From contig DHPR01000010.1 of assembly GCA_002410925.1 (NCBI GenBank), positions 30,295 to 94,294 of the forward strand: a DNA stretch of 64,000 nt, read 5' to 3'. Shown piece after piece: positions 49,441-59,367 of the stretch. The notes under the pieces were generated by a model, which was given only the letters and a program-made list of their open reading frames with translations, was not told where the DNA came from and did no database searches. Positions within the stretch are counted from its first letter, which is position 1, and each line of letters opens with the position of its first letter. This DNA comes from a bacterium UBP13_UBA5359 (GTDB lineage: Bacteria > UBP13 > UBA5359). The position numbers were made by a program, and so were the translations under genes.

Positions 49441-50499
49441 ATGCTGGTAGATATACTAAAAACGAGCCGTTCCATTCTGCTGCAAAAGCTGCCGTCGTTC
49501 GTTTATGGTGCGCCTGAATTGTATGGCCCTCCTGTCTTTATTTATCACCGAATTGATCCTGCAAGCTTCGAGAGGGATTTGAAGTATCTTACCGATAACG
49601 GCTATCTCTTTCTGAATGATGTATGCCTGCAAGCTATTATACAGGGCGATTATCCTTTTACCGGAAGAGAGGTAGCTCTGACCTTTGATGATGGCTATGA
49701 CGATCTATTACAGGTAGCAACACCTCTCTTACGCTCCTACGGCGCGGTTGCTACGGCCTTTATTGTCCCGGGTCTTATAGGATATCCCGGATATCTCAAC
49801 TGGGAAGATCTCTATCGTCTGTCATTATCAGGGGTGATCAGTATAGGTGCACATTCATACCGGCATGCCAAGATATTTGTTTCCGATATATTGGAGCAAT
49901 TTTATGTGCCTGACGATGCCGTAGAAGAGATTATAGTGCGCTGCAATGGATGTGACACTCTTCTATCGGTTGATGGTCGGTATGGCCGACCGTTATATCG
50001 TACCTCCTCCAGGCTGGGCGACCGTCCCAGATATCTGGAAGACGAGCAGCTGACCGCTTTATGCGTAGAGCGCACAGCGGAGATAACCTCCCTGCCGGGT
50101 AGCGAAGCATGGATGCGAGAGCTTTATTCTCTGTGCCGCCTTTACAAGAACAGGTATGGCGGCGGCAGGCTGGAAACATCTCAGGAGCAGGAGAGTGCTG
50201 TGCACGAGGAGCTGGCGTATGCAAAAGAGGTTCTGGAAACAAAGCTGAAGCATCGTATTATTTCACTATGCCTTCCCTGGAATGAGGGTGGAGAGCTGGT
50301 GCGCCGTCTCTGCCGCCCGGCAGGATATGATCTCTGCTTTGCCGGCTATATTGATGGTAATAAATCCAATGCTCCCGGAACAGATCCTTACGCAATATGC
50401 CGCCTAAGCGGAGATTTCGTCAGAACTCTTCCGGGTAGAGAGCGTGTCGGTCTGGCCTCTGTCTTAGCCGGCAAAATAGGAAGAAGGCTGAAGAGCTGA
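49441..50499 (+). CDS. Polysaccharide deacetylase (NodB-homology domain)
   Basis: TFDDGYDD and HSYRH motifs. Start taken at the internal ATG with a GAGAGGAGAG RBS. Confidence 0.7.
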   Translation: MLVDILKTSRSILLQKLPSFVYGAPELYGPPVFIYHRIDPASFERDLKYLTDNGYLFLNDVCLQAIIQGDYPFTGREVALTFDDGYDDLLQVATPLLRSYGAVATAFIVPGLIGYPGYLNWEDLYRLSLSGVISIGAHSYRHAKIFVSDILEQFYVPDDAVEEIIVRCNGCDTLLSVDGRYGRPLYRTSSRLGDRPRYLEDEQLTALCVERTAEITSLPGSEAWMRELYSLCRLYKNRYGGGRLETSQEQESAVHEELAYAKEVLETKLKHRIISLCLPWNEGGELVRRLCRPAGYDLCFAGYIDGNKSNAPGTDPYAICRLSGDFVRTLPGRERVGLASVLAGKIGRRLKS

Positions 50500-52169
50500 T
50501 GGATGAGCACACATTGCATCGGAATCTTGGCAGCTATATTCATCGCTATGAGGAGATAGCGAGTGTACTGGCTCGATATGGATTATATCGTCTGGCTCTC
50601 TCCCTTGGCCTGGGACGCTATGTTCGCTGGCGACCTGAACTTTCTTTTGGAACAGAAGTGCCTCGTGCCGCTGCGATTCGTTTTATACTTGAAGAATTGG
50701 GCCCGGCTTTTGTAAAGATGGGACAGTTGCTCAGTACCAGAGCGGATCTGCTTCCGCCGGATTATATTGATGAACTATCCAAGCTACAGGAAAGCGTTCA
50801 TCCCGAATCTCTGGAGATGGTGCTGCAAACAATCGAGGAGGAGTTTGGCCTAATACCGTTCAGCCGTATATCCGATAAGCCGCTGGCAGCAGCCTCCATG
50901 GGCCAGGTGCATGACGTAACTATCCCGGGCGGCAGAGAGGCTGTGGTAAAAGTGCAACGTCGGGGAATAAGAGAGAGCATAGCGGTGGATGCCGACATTA
51001 TGTTGAGTTTGGCCGGGATTGCCGAACGCCGCTGGGAACGGGCCCGGCTTTATAATCTTAGAGAATTGGTCAAGGAATTTACGGATAATTTGAAAGAGGA
51101 GCTCGATTACTGTAATGAAGGCAAGAACGTAGAGCGTATCAGGGAAAACCTCAAAGATGATAGGAATATATATATACATGGAGTGGAATGGGTATTCACC
51201 ACTGAGCGCGTTCTGACTGTTGAGCATGTGAGAGGAATCAGGATAACGGATACGGTTGCTTTGCGTAATCAAGGGCATAATCTTCAGGAGATAGCGCGCA
51301 ATCTGGTATCCTCCTTTATGGAACAGGTTTTTATCAACGGGTTCTTTCATGGAGATCCGCATCCTGGAAATATAAAGATTATGGATGACGGCAGAATAGC
51401 TTTGCTCGATTTCGGTCTGGTAGGGAGTATAGACCCAGCTATGCAGCGCCGTCTCAGCGATCTCTTTATCGGTTATGTGGAGGGAGATACGCTGCGCTTC
51501 AGCGATGCATTGATAGGTATGGGGTACCGGTGCGGCGAGCTGAATAAAGAGGCGTTTCAGCATGATGCCGAACAGCTTTTACAGGCATATTATAATATGC
51601 CTGTCGAGAGAGTGAGCTTTGCCGGAACTTTTCAACAGGCCATGCGCCTGGCCGGCGATTATCATTTGCTGTTGCCCACTAACTATGCCATATTGGCTAA
51701 AGTTTTTATGCAATTGGAGGGCATCAGCAAGCAATTGGACCGTAATTTCAATCTGCTCGATATCGCCAGGCCCTTTGCTATGCGCATTCTTCGTCGCAGG
51801 CTTATCAGTGTCGGCCCCTCCGCAGGTGTAAATATAAGCAGCAGCCTGGTGGATCTTAAAGATTTTATCATAAATTTGCCCTATTATATGAATAATATCT
51901 TCAGACAGGCGGCTGATGGTAGCTTTAATGTGAGATTTGAGCATCATCACCTGGAAGGCTTTACAGCGCAGCTAAGCAAAATAGGGAATCGTCTGGCCTT
52001 TAGCTTCATTGTGGCGGCGCTTCTATTGAGTACAGCTCTCTTTGCAGAATCCAATTTGGGTCCTTTTATCTTTAACTACCCGTTGTTTGCAGTTATGGGT
52101 TTTGTTCTTTCCGCTTTTGCCGGTGTATGGCTGTTGGTTTCTATAATCAGATCCGGGGAACTGGGGTGA
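50499..52169 (+). CDS. ABC1/UbiB-family atypical protein kinase
   Basis: Kinase-like core (AAASMGQVH ... HGDPHPGNI ... LLDFG) and C-terminal TM helices. Start overlaps the upstream stop. Confidence 0.8.
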   Translation: MDEHTLHRNLGSYIHRYEEIASVLARYGLYRLALSLGLGRYVRWRPELSFGTEVPRAAAIRFILEELGPAFVKMGQLLSTRADLLPPDYIDELSKLQESVHPESLEMVLQTIEEEFGLIPFSRISDKPLAAASMGQVHDVTIPGGREAVVKVQRRGIRESIAVDADIMLSLAGIAERRWERARLYNLRELVKEFTDNLKEELDYCNEGKNVERIRENLKDDRNIYIHGVEWVFTTERVLTVEHVRGIRITDTVALRNQGHNLQEIARNLVSSFMEQVFINGFFHGDPHPGNIKIMDDGRIALLDFGLVGSIDPAMQRRLSDLFIGYVEGDTLRFSDALIGMGYRCGELNKEAFQHDAEQLLQAYYNMPVERVSFAGTFQQAMRLAGDYHLLLPTNYAILAKVFMQLEGISKQLDRNFNLLDIARPFAMRILRRRLISVGPSAGVNISSSLVDLKDFIINLPYYMNNIFRQAADGSFNVRFEHHHLEGFTAQLSKIGNRLAFSFIVAALLLSTALFAESNLGPFIFNYPLFAVMGFVLSAFAGVWLLVSIIRSGELG

Positions 52170-52173
52170 GCAT

Positions 52174-52437
52174 ATGGAACGAGAGCTTTTGCTGAATGAG
52201 GTCAGAAAGAGGCTGGCAGCCGAAGTGGGGGCTCTGGATATATTGGTGGAGATTGTTGATGATTCCGTCAGACTGTCAGGAGAGGTTGATAACCCTTGGC
52301 AGAGCGAGGCGGCCGTTCGCTCTTTACGTGATCTGGCCGGGCGAAGGAGAATAATCAACAATCTGGCAGTCCGGCAGATAAAAAGGCCGGATATATACCA
52401 TGAAATGATAACATCTGAGGAAAGGGAACGCAGATGA
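52174..52437 (+). CDS. BON-domain protein (putative)
   Basis: 87 aa with a BON-like pattern (VEIVDDSVRLSGEVDNPWQSEAAVRSLRDLAGRRRIINNLAV). Confidence 0.45.
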   Translation: MERELLLNEVRKRLAAEVGALDILVEIVDDSVRLSGEVDNPWQSEAAVRSLRDLAGRRRIINNLAVRQIKRPDIYHEMITSEERERR

Positions 52438-53156
52438 TCAGAGTCGCCGCCGTGGGTGATATACATTTCAGAGAGAGCTTTCGGGGTGGGGTAAGGGCAG
52501 CTTTCCGAACCGTCAGCCGGGAGGCGGATCTCTTGACAATTGCTGGAGATCTTACTGGAATAGGGCGCCCTGAGGAAGCTCTCATTTTATGTCGGGAACT
52601 GAGCATTGTCAGCATACCAACGGTAGTAGTTCTGGGCAATCATGATTATCATTCAGATTGTGAGGAAGATATCAAAAGTATATTGAAAGATAGCGGTGTT
52701 ATCGTCCTGGACGGAGATGCCTATAAACTGGAGATTCGAGGAACCAGCCTAGGGTTGGCCGGAACCAAGGGGTTTTGCGGTGGCTTCGGCATACGTCAGA
52801 TAACACCTTTTGGAGAAATAGGAATCAAGGATTTTCTTAAGCATGTAGAGATGGAGACGGATAAGCTGGACAGGGCATTGTCCAGCTTGAAAACCGATAT
52901 GAAGCTGGTCATTCTGCATTACTCACCGGTCGTAGATACATTGGTAGGCGAATCCATGGAGCTCTATCCCTTTCTCGGTTGCTCCATGCTGAGCATACCT
53001 ATTGATCGCTATGGGACAGATCTGGCGGTGCATGGGCATGCTCATCACGGTATGGAGATAGGGCGAACAGATGGAGGAGTGCCTGTGCGTAATGTGGCTA
53101 TGCAGGTGCTAAGGCGCTATTATACCATTTATGATCTTGTCGGAGCGGGAGGATAG
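52434..53156 (+). CDS. Calcineurin-like metallophosphoesterase
   Basis: GDIH, GDLT, GNHD and HGHAH metal-binding motifs. ATGA overlap with the upstream gene. Confidence 0.7.
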   Translation: MIRVAAVGDIHFRESFRGGVRAAFRTVSREADLLTIAGDLTGIGRPEEALILCRELSIVSIPTVVVLGNHDYHSDCEEDIKSILKDSGVIVLDGDAYKLEIRGTSLGLAGTKGFCGGFGIRQITPFGEIGIKDFLKHVEMETDKLDRALSSLKTDMKLVILHYSPVVDTLVGESMELYPFLGCSMLSIPIDRYGTDLAVHGHAHHGMEIGRTDGGVPVRNVAMQVLRRYYTIYDLVGAGG

Positions 53157-53162
53157 CCTGAG

Positions 53163-55406
53163 ATGCTGCTACGGCGTATCAGGCACGGTTTTATTATTAT
53201 CTTGATATCGGTTTGCTCTCTTCTTTTTGGTACCATGGCCGGCATGAGTATAGGTTTCTGGCAGCAAGTGCCTCTTCCGGGAGAACTCCAGGTGGATAAT
53301 CTATTGCAAACCACACGTATCTACGATGTGCATGGAGGTTACCTGGCCTCCATTTATATAGAAAATCGTGAGATCGTATCCCTTGACAGAGTACCGCGGC
53401 ATGTTCGTGCAGCTTTTGTAGCTATGGAAGATACACGCTTCTATAAGCATCATGGCTTTGATGTTAAAGGTATTGCAAGAGCTGCCTGGGTGAATCTTCG
53501 TCACGGTAGGATAATCCAGGGAGGTAGTACCATAACCCAGCAGGTGGCCCGCAATTTTTATTTGAATGATAAGCGAACATACTCTCGTAAGGTGCGTGAA
53601 ATAATCCTGGCTGTGAAGCTGGAACGGCATTACACCAAGGATGAAATTCTCGAGGCTTATCTGAACCAGATTTATTTTGGAGCCGGAGCATACGGTATAG
53701 CCGTAGCCTCGCATATTTATTTTCATAAAGAACCCTCAAAACTTAATCTGGCTGAGGGGGCGATGCTGGCCGGACTTGTAAAGGCACCCTCCAAATACTC
53801 CCCCCGGCATGACCGTCGGCAATGCCTGCTTCGTCAAAGGATTGTTCTGCGACGTATGCGCGAACGAGGATATATCACTTTTCATGAAGCGGATAGAGCC
53901 TCCGCTTCCCTGCCGTCCCTGACATCCGGGAATGAGATGCTGCGCAGCAGGCATGCTCCTTACTTTGTCGATTATGTTTTGCAGGAGCTGCTGCGGCATT
54001 ATTCGTCACAGCAGGTTTACGGCGGCGGCCTTGAGGTGCGGACTACTCTTGAGCCGTACATCCAGCACCATGCGGAAAGAAGCCTGTCCGGAGCACTATC
54101 CGGCTACGGACAGGAATTGCAGGGAGCGGTAGTGGTGTTGAGCCCCGATAGCGGGCGTATTCTGGCTATGGTAGGAGGAAGAGATTATACTAAAACAGAG
54201 TTTAACAGGGCATGGCAGGCGCATCGTCAGCCGGGATCGGCCTTCAAGGCGTTCACCTATACGGAGGCTATAGCAAACGGGTATTCCCCTCTTACCATGC
54301 TCAACGACATGCCGGTATCTTACAGAGTAGGTAATCGCCTATGGAAACCGCGAAATTATTCCGGCACTTTCAGCGGGCAGACGACACTGCGTCAGGCATT
54401 GGAACGATCTATCAATGTGGCATCTGTTGATCTTTTCAATCGTTTGAGAGCGGAATCCGTTATTGCCCGTGCCAGGGAAATGGGAATAGAATCTCGGCTT
54501 GTTCCCTGCATATCTCTGGCATTGGGATCGGCAGAGGTTACGCCGCTTGAAATGGCCGTTGCCTACTCCACCCTCGACAACGGTGGCTTCAGAATACACC
54601 CCACATCCATTATCAGTGTTAAAGGGCCGCATATTGCTCAGGCTTATGCTTCAGCATCCTTGAGCCGAGAAGCCATCCTTGACCCCGGAGTTTGCTATAT
54701 TATGACCGATATATTGCGAGGTGTCATAACACGAGGCACCGGAAGGCGTGCCTCCATAGGCCGTCCTGCTGCCGGCAAGACCGGCACCAGCAGCGACTAC
54801 CGTGATGCATGGTTTATTGGCTATACACCCGGATTGCTGGCAGCCGTCTGGATTGGCCGCGATGATAACCGTTCTATGAGAGGATTGACCGGGGGCAGCC
54901 TGCCGGCTGATATCTGGCGCAACATCATGAGTTCCGTCCTGAGAGGCAATCGTGTCAGGCAGTTCGAACGCCCTGCCGATGTAATATGGCTGACAATATG
55001 CAAGGATAGCGGGCTTAAGGCGCTCTCCTCTTGTCCCGTCAGGAAAGGGGATATCATGCTGACTTATGCCGCTCCATCCGCTTTCTGCGGCATACATATT
55101 TCAAATGCGCCCTCTTCCGGCGATTCGATAAAAAGCCCGGTTCCGATAGAAGAAAAGCCGGATCCGGCGCCAGGCAATAATCCTGCAAATAGTACATCGA
55201 ATCCGGCGCCGGAAGCACCGAATCCTGGCATTGAATCTCCTGCAAACCCGGTGAATGAAAGAGCGCCGGATAATTCTGATAAGGAGAGAATCTCTCTGTT
55301 CGTCTGTGAGCTGAGCGGGCGGTTGCCCGCGCCCGGATGCCCGGTGCTGATCAAAAGGCTTTTCAAGACAGGATCAGCACCGAAGGAGATATGTAATTTG
55401 CATTAA
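53163..55406 (+). CDS. Class A penicillin-binding protein (PBP1A, transglycosylase + transpeptidase)
   Basis: GT51 motifs (EDTRFYKHHG, GGSTITQQ), transpeptidase SAFK, and a low-complexity Pro/Ala-rich tail. Confidence 0.85.
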   Translation: MLLRRIRHGFIIILISVCSLLFGTMAGMSIGFWQQVPLPGELQVDNLLQTTRIYDVHGGYLASIYIENREIVSLDRVPRHVRAAFVAMEDTRFYKHHGFDVKGIARAAWVNLRHGRIIQGGSTITQQVARNFYLNDKRTYSRKVREIILAVKLERHYTKDEILEAYLNQIYFGAGAYGIAVASHIYFHKEPSKLNLAEGAMLAGLVKAPSKYSPRHDRRQCLLRQRIVLRRMRERGYITFHEADRASASLPSLTSGNEMLRSRHAPYFVDYVLQELLRHYSSQQVYGGGLEVRTTLEPYIQHHAERSLSGALSGYGQELQGAVVVLSPDSGRILAMVGGRDYTKTEFNRAWQAHRQPGSAFKAFTYTEAIANGYSPLTMLNDMPVSYRVGNRLWKPRNYSGTFSGQTTLRQALERSINVASVDLFNRLRAESVIARAREMGIESRLVPCISLALGSAEVTPLEMAVAYSTLDNGGFRIHPTSIISVKGPHIAQAYASASLSREAILDPGVCYIMTDILRGVITRGTGRRASIGRPAAGKTGTSSDYRDAWFIGYTPGLLAAVWIGRDDNRSMRGLTGGSLPADIWRNIMSSVLRGNRVRQFERPADVIWLTICKDSGLKALSSCPVRKGDIMLTYAAPSAFCGIHISNAPSSGDSIKSPVPIEEKPDPAPGNNPANSTSNPAPEAPNPGIESPANPVNERAPDNSDKERISLFVCELSGRLPAPGCPVLIKRLFKTGSAPKEICNLH

Positions 55407-55517
55407 TCTTTTCTCCGTTCCGGCAAGCTCTCTGAAGGCGTCCCAGGGAGCAACTCTTGATGACATGTTTTCCTCTTTTCAAACTTTTTCAAGAGCATGT
55501 TTTCATTTTTATTGCTA

Positions 55518-55546
55518 TTGACACCGGAAGGGCTTTCTGATAACAT
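55518..55546 (+). promoter_or_regulatory. Sigma-70-type promoter candidate (-35 TTGACA, 17-bp spacer, TGaTAACAT extended -10)
   Basis: Seen directly. Would give a leader of about 260 nt ahead of the guaB-like gene. Confidence 0.4.
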
Positions 55547-55815
55547 CAAGAATTAATTACAGGCTATCAACAAATGATGTTTCCGCAGCTTTCCTATCTG
55601 TTCCGAAAAAGGTGCAGAACATAAAGGCACAGAGGCACAAGGGGTTGAGGCCCGTTCGTAATGCTACCCATAAGGACTTTTAATCTTTCATGGTGGCGCC
55701 TACGGCGTCATGGAAGGCGGGCTGAGGGGTGTCAGCTCAGCAACCTTGATTTTTAAGTTTTGAACTGCGCTCGAAGAACGCATTTTCAATCGAATAAGGA
55801 AATGGGGGATTCCCG

Positions 55816-56976
55816 ATGCATTTAACTGTTGGACGCGGCCGGACGGCACGCAGGGCGTACGGCTTTGATGAGATAGCTATTGCTCCTTCTACTCTTACTA
55901 TCGATCCTGAAGACACCGATATTTCCACCTCCATAGGTGATGTAAAGCTCGATGTTCCTATATTGGCTGCAGCCATGGATGGCGTGGTGGATGTTCGCCT
56001 GGCGGCAGAGATGGGGCACCTGGGCGGATTGGCAGTGCTCAATCTTGAGGGAGTTCAGGCCAGATATGAAGATCCTGTTGCCGTAATCGACAGGATAACA
56101 TCTGTTTCACCGGAAGAAGTTGTGCCTCTGATACAGGAGATATACCGTGAGCCTATCAAGGAAGAGCTTATCAGGCGCCGCATAAGAGAGATGAAAGAGA
56201 GCGATATTACGGTAGCTGTTTCTTCGTCGCCGTTGAATGCCGAGCGTTTCGGCACCATAGCTGCAGAAGAGGGCGTGGATCTTTTTGTGGTGCAGGTAAC
56301 CGTTACCAGCGTTAAGTTCGAATCCTCCAGGGCCAGCGCCCTATCTTTGGAAAAGCTATGTGCTATGTTGCCTATGCCTGTTGTGGCCGGCAACTGTGTT
56401 ACTTATGAAGCAGCTCTGGAACTGATGCAGACAGGCGTCAAGGGTATTCTGGTAGGCGTCGGCCCCGGCGCTGCCTGTACCACGAGGCGCGTTCTGGGCA
56501 TAGGAGTGCCGCAGGTAACGGCTGTAGCCGATGCTGCTGCCGCTCGCAATGAGTACCTTGCTGCCACAGGTAATTACGTAGCCGTTATAGCCGATGGCGG
56601 TATGAGAACCGGCGGTGATATCTGCAAAGCCGTTGCCAGCGGTGCCGATGCTGTTATGATAGGTTCGCCTATTGCCGGAGCTGCGGAAGCGCCCGGGCGC
56701 GGATATCACTGGGGCATGGCCACTGCCAGCCCGGGATTGCCGCGTGGAACCCGTATTCGTGTGGGTGAACTGGGAACTCTTAAAGATATCCTCTTCGGGC
56801 CGGCTAAAACAGATGATGGAACACTTAACTTTGTGGGTGCTCTTAAGACATGTATGGGAACCTGCGGTAAGCGCAGCATACAAGAGCTGCAACAAGTGGA
56901 GATAGTTATAGCCCCTTCGCTTCCCTCGGAAGGGAAAGCGAAGCAGCATGAACAGCACGTCGGTATGGGTAAGTAA
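55816..56976 (+). CDS. IMP dehydrogenase/GMP reductase family protein (GuaB-related, no CBS pair)
   Basis: N-terminal [20 protein letters not shown] and TIM-barrel motifs ([27 protein letters not shown]). Confidence 0.7.
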   Translation: MHLTVGRGRTARRAYGFDEIAIAPSTLTIDPEDTDISTSIGDVKLDVPILAAAMDGVVDVRLAAEMGHLGGLAVLNLEGVQARYEDPVAVIDRITSVSPEEVVPLIQEIYREPIKEELIRRRIREMKESDITVAVSSSPLNAERFGTIAAEEGVDLFVVQVTVTSVKFESSRASALSLEKLCAMLPMPVVAGNCVTYEAALELMQTGVKGILVGVGPGAACTTRRVLGIGVPQVTAVADAAAARNEYLAATGNYVAVIADGGMRTGGDICKAVASGADAVMIGSPIAGAAEAPGRGYHWGMATASPGLPRGTRIRVGELGTLKDILFGPAKTDDGTLNFVGALKTCMGTCGKRSIQELQQVEIVIAPSLPSEGKAKQHEQHVGMGK

Positions 56977-56995
56977 GCTGAAAGGAAGAAGTGCG

Positions 56996-58537
56996 ATGTC
57001 CACGGCATCCCAGATGGTAATAGTTCTCGATTTCGGTGCGCAGTACAGCCAGTTGATAGCTAGAAGGGTGCGAGAGAGCAAGGTTTACTGCGAGATAATG
57101 CCTTACGACACGCAGATAAGCACTCTAAAGAAAAGGGCGCCCAGGGCCATTATACTTTCCGGCGGTCCCAACAGCGTCTATGATGAAGGTGCACCGCGTG
57201 TAGATCCTCAGCTTTTTAACATGAACGTACCGATACTGGGTATCTGTTACGGTATGCAATTGCTGGCTCATGTTCTGGGTGGAAGAGTAGCGCCCGGCAC
57301 AGTCAGAGAATATGGTAAAACCGAGCTGCATGTTCTGGATAACAGCGATTTCTTTATGGATCTCAATAAGGATCTTACCTGTTGGATGAGTCATGGCGAT
57401 ACGGTGGCCGAGATGCCCCCCGGCTTTGACATTCTGGCGACCACAGATAATACGCCTATAGCGGCTATGGCCGACAAAGGCCGCCGGTTCTACGGTATTC
57501 AGTTCCATCCCGAAGTAGCTCACACTCCATGGGGTGTTGAGGTCTTTAAAAATTTTCTGCATAAGATTTGCGGTTGCTCTCCGAGCTGGACTATGGGCTC
57601 CTTTGTCGAGACACAGATAAAGCAGATCAGGGAACGGGTGGGAAACGCAGGAGTTATCTGTGCTCTCAGCGGTGGCATAGATTCTGCAGTCACTGCAGTG
57701 TTGGTACATGAGGCCATCAAGGACCAGCTTACCTGTATTTTTGTAGATCACGGCTTTCTGCGTAAGGATGAGGCGGAAAAGGTCTGCAGGACCTTCCGCG
57801 ATAACTATAAAATAAACCTTATACATATTGAAGCTCAGGAGCGCTTTCTTAATCAACTTAAGGGTATATCCGATCCAGAGAAGAAGCGTATGGCCATAGG
57901 CAAGGAGTTTATAAAGATTTTTGAGGAAGAATCCAAGAAAATGAAGGGGATGGCCTATCTGGCACAGGGAACTCTCTATCCTGATGTTATCGAGAGTGGG
58001 ACCAAGGGCTCTGCCACCATCAAGACTCATCATAATGTAGGAGCCGTCCTTCAGGAAGAGATGGATCTCAAACTTCTTGAACCGCTCAGATACCTTTTCA
58101 AGGATGAAGTGCGCGGTGTGGCCGCTGAGCTGGGACTGCCGTCCGACATGATCTGGCGACAGCCCTTTCCCGGCCCCGGACTGGCTATCAGAATTATCGG
58201 CGAGGTTACCAAAGAGCGCCTTGATATATTAAGGGAGGCCGACGCCATAGTTGGAGAAGAGATAAAGAAGGCGGGACTTTATCGAAAGGTCTGGCAGGCA
58301 TTCGCTGTGTTGCCGACGATCAGGAGCGTAGGCGTGATGAAAGACCAACGGACCTACGCTTATCCGATAGTGTTGCGAGCAGTGACCAGTGAAGATGCTA
58401 TGACGGCCGACTGGGCTAAGCTGCCTTACGAAGTGCTGGAGAGGATCTCCAGCCGAATTATGAATGAGGTACCGGATATCAATCGTCTGGTATATGATAT
58501 AAGCTCTAAACCGCCATCAACCATTGAATGGGAGTGA
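56996..58537 (+). CDS. guaA: GMP synthase (glutamine-hydrolysing)
   Basis: GATase domain (GICYGMQL), PP-loop SGGIDS and the conserved C-terminal dimerisation region. Start at an ATG after an AAGGAAG RBS. Confidence 0.9.
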   Translation: MSTASQMVIVLDFGAQYSQLIARRVRESKVYCEIMPYDTQISTLKKRAPRAIILSGGPNSVYDEGAPRVDPQLFNMNVPILGICYGMQLLAHVLGGRVAPGTVREYGKTELHVLDNSDFFMDLNKDLTCWMSHGDTVAEMPPGFDILATTDNTPIAAMADKGRRFYGIQFHPEVAHTPWGVEVFKNFLHKICGCSPSWTMGSFVETQIKQIRERVGNAGVICALSGGIDSAVTAVLVHEAIKDQLTCIFVDHGFLRKDEAEKVCRTFRDNYKINLIHIEAQERFLNQLKGISDPEKKRMAIGKEFIKIFEEESKKMKGMAYLAQGTLYPDVIESGTKGSATIKTHHNVGAVLQEEMDLKLLEPLRYLFKDEVRGVAAELGLPSDMIWRQPFPGPGLAIRIIGEVTKERLDILREADAIVGEEIKKAGLYRKVWQAFAVLPTIRSVGVMKDQRTYAYPIVLRAVTSEDAMTADWAKLPYEVLERISSRIMNEVPDINRLVYDISSKPPSTIEWE

Positions 58538-58543
58538 GCATCT

Positions 58544-59113
58544 GTGAACGATAGAATGTCCGACATGATGAGCGATATTGAGGAAATACTGATCTCCGAG
58601 GAAGATCTGCAGGAGCGGATAAAAACCCTGGGCATGCAGATTGCTGCTGATTACGAGGGTAAGGATCTCGTTTTGGTAGGCGTATTGAAGGGCGCAGTGC
58701 TCTTCATGGCCGATATAATGAGGTATATCAATATCCCCCTTTCTTTCGACTTCATGGCCATGTCCAGCTATGGCAATGATACAAAGCCCTCCGGCGTTAT
58801 GCGTATATTGAAGGATTTGGATGAGGATGTAGAGAGCCGGCATGTTCTGATAATAGAAGATATCATTGATACCGGCTTTAGTCTCAGCTATCTGACGGCG
58901 AATCTGCGTTCCAGAAACATTGCCAGTCTGAAGATATGTACGCTGCTGGATAAGCCTGAGAGACGCAAAGTCAATGTCAAGGTGGATTACAACGGTTTCA
59001 GCATACCGAATCGTTTTGTTGTGGGTTATGGGCTGGATTTTGCCCAGCGTTATCGTAATCTGCCCTTTATCGGAGTACTCAAACCCGAAGTTTACGGAGG
59101 TACCGAAGCTTAA
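58544..59113 (+). CDS. hpt: Hypoxanthine phosphoribosyltransferase
   Basis: PRPP-binding motif VLIIEDIIDTGFSL. Confidence 0.85.
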   Translation: MNDRMSDMMSDIEEILISEEDLQERIKTLGMQIAADYEGKDLVLVGVLKGAVLFMADIMRYINIPLSFDFMAMSSYGNDTKPSGVMRILKDLDEDVESRHVLIIEDIIDTGFSLSYLTANLRSRNIASLKICTLLDKPERRKVNVKVDYNGFSIPNRFVVGYGLDFAQRYRNLPFIGVLKPEVYGGTEA

Positions 59114-59268
59114 TTTTTAGACATTTTCTTCTCATTGCTAATATTTTTAGCCTTGCTCCTGTTTTAGCCTGCTTGCGTAAGAGAGGTTAATCTCTACGGC
59201 TGGTAATGATGCAACATGCTTTGCCGATAAATAGTCTTAATCAAGGAACAGGAGCTCAGGATATGTCG

Positions 59269-59282
59269 ATCGGCATGCCGAT
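59269..59282. promoter_or_regulatory. 14-bp perfect palindrome ATCGGCATGCCGAT in the rho leader
   Basis: Seen directly, about 85 nt upstream of the rho start. Confidence 0.25.
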
Positions 59283-59367
59283 TCTCTGCTTCGACTAATA
59301 TGATCAATTGCTTTCTTGATTTTTTATATATCGAATTATAGAGCCATCATTGAAAGGGGAATGAACC

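Noticed and set aside
50850-51563. 237-aa minus-strand ORF
   Set aside because: Antisense within the UbiB/ABC1 kinase gene.
55407-55815. Guanine or ZTP riboswitch upstream of the purine operon
   Set aside because: I could not find the conserved cores of either riboswitch class by eye. Retained only as a long leader needing a covariance-model scan.
56356-58033. Minus-strand ORFs of 241 and 302 aa
   Set aside because: Antisense to the guaB-like and guaA genes, whose identities are secure.
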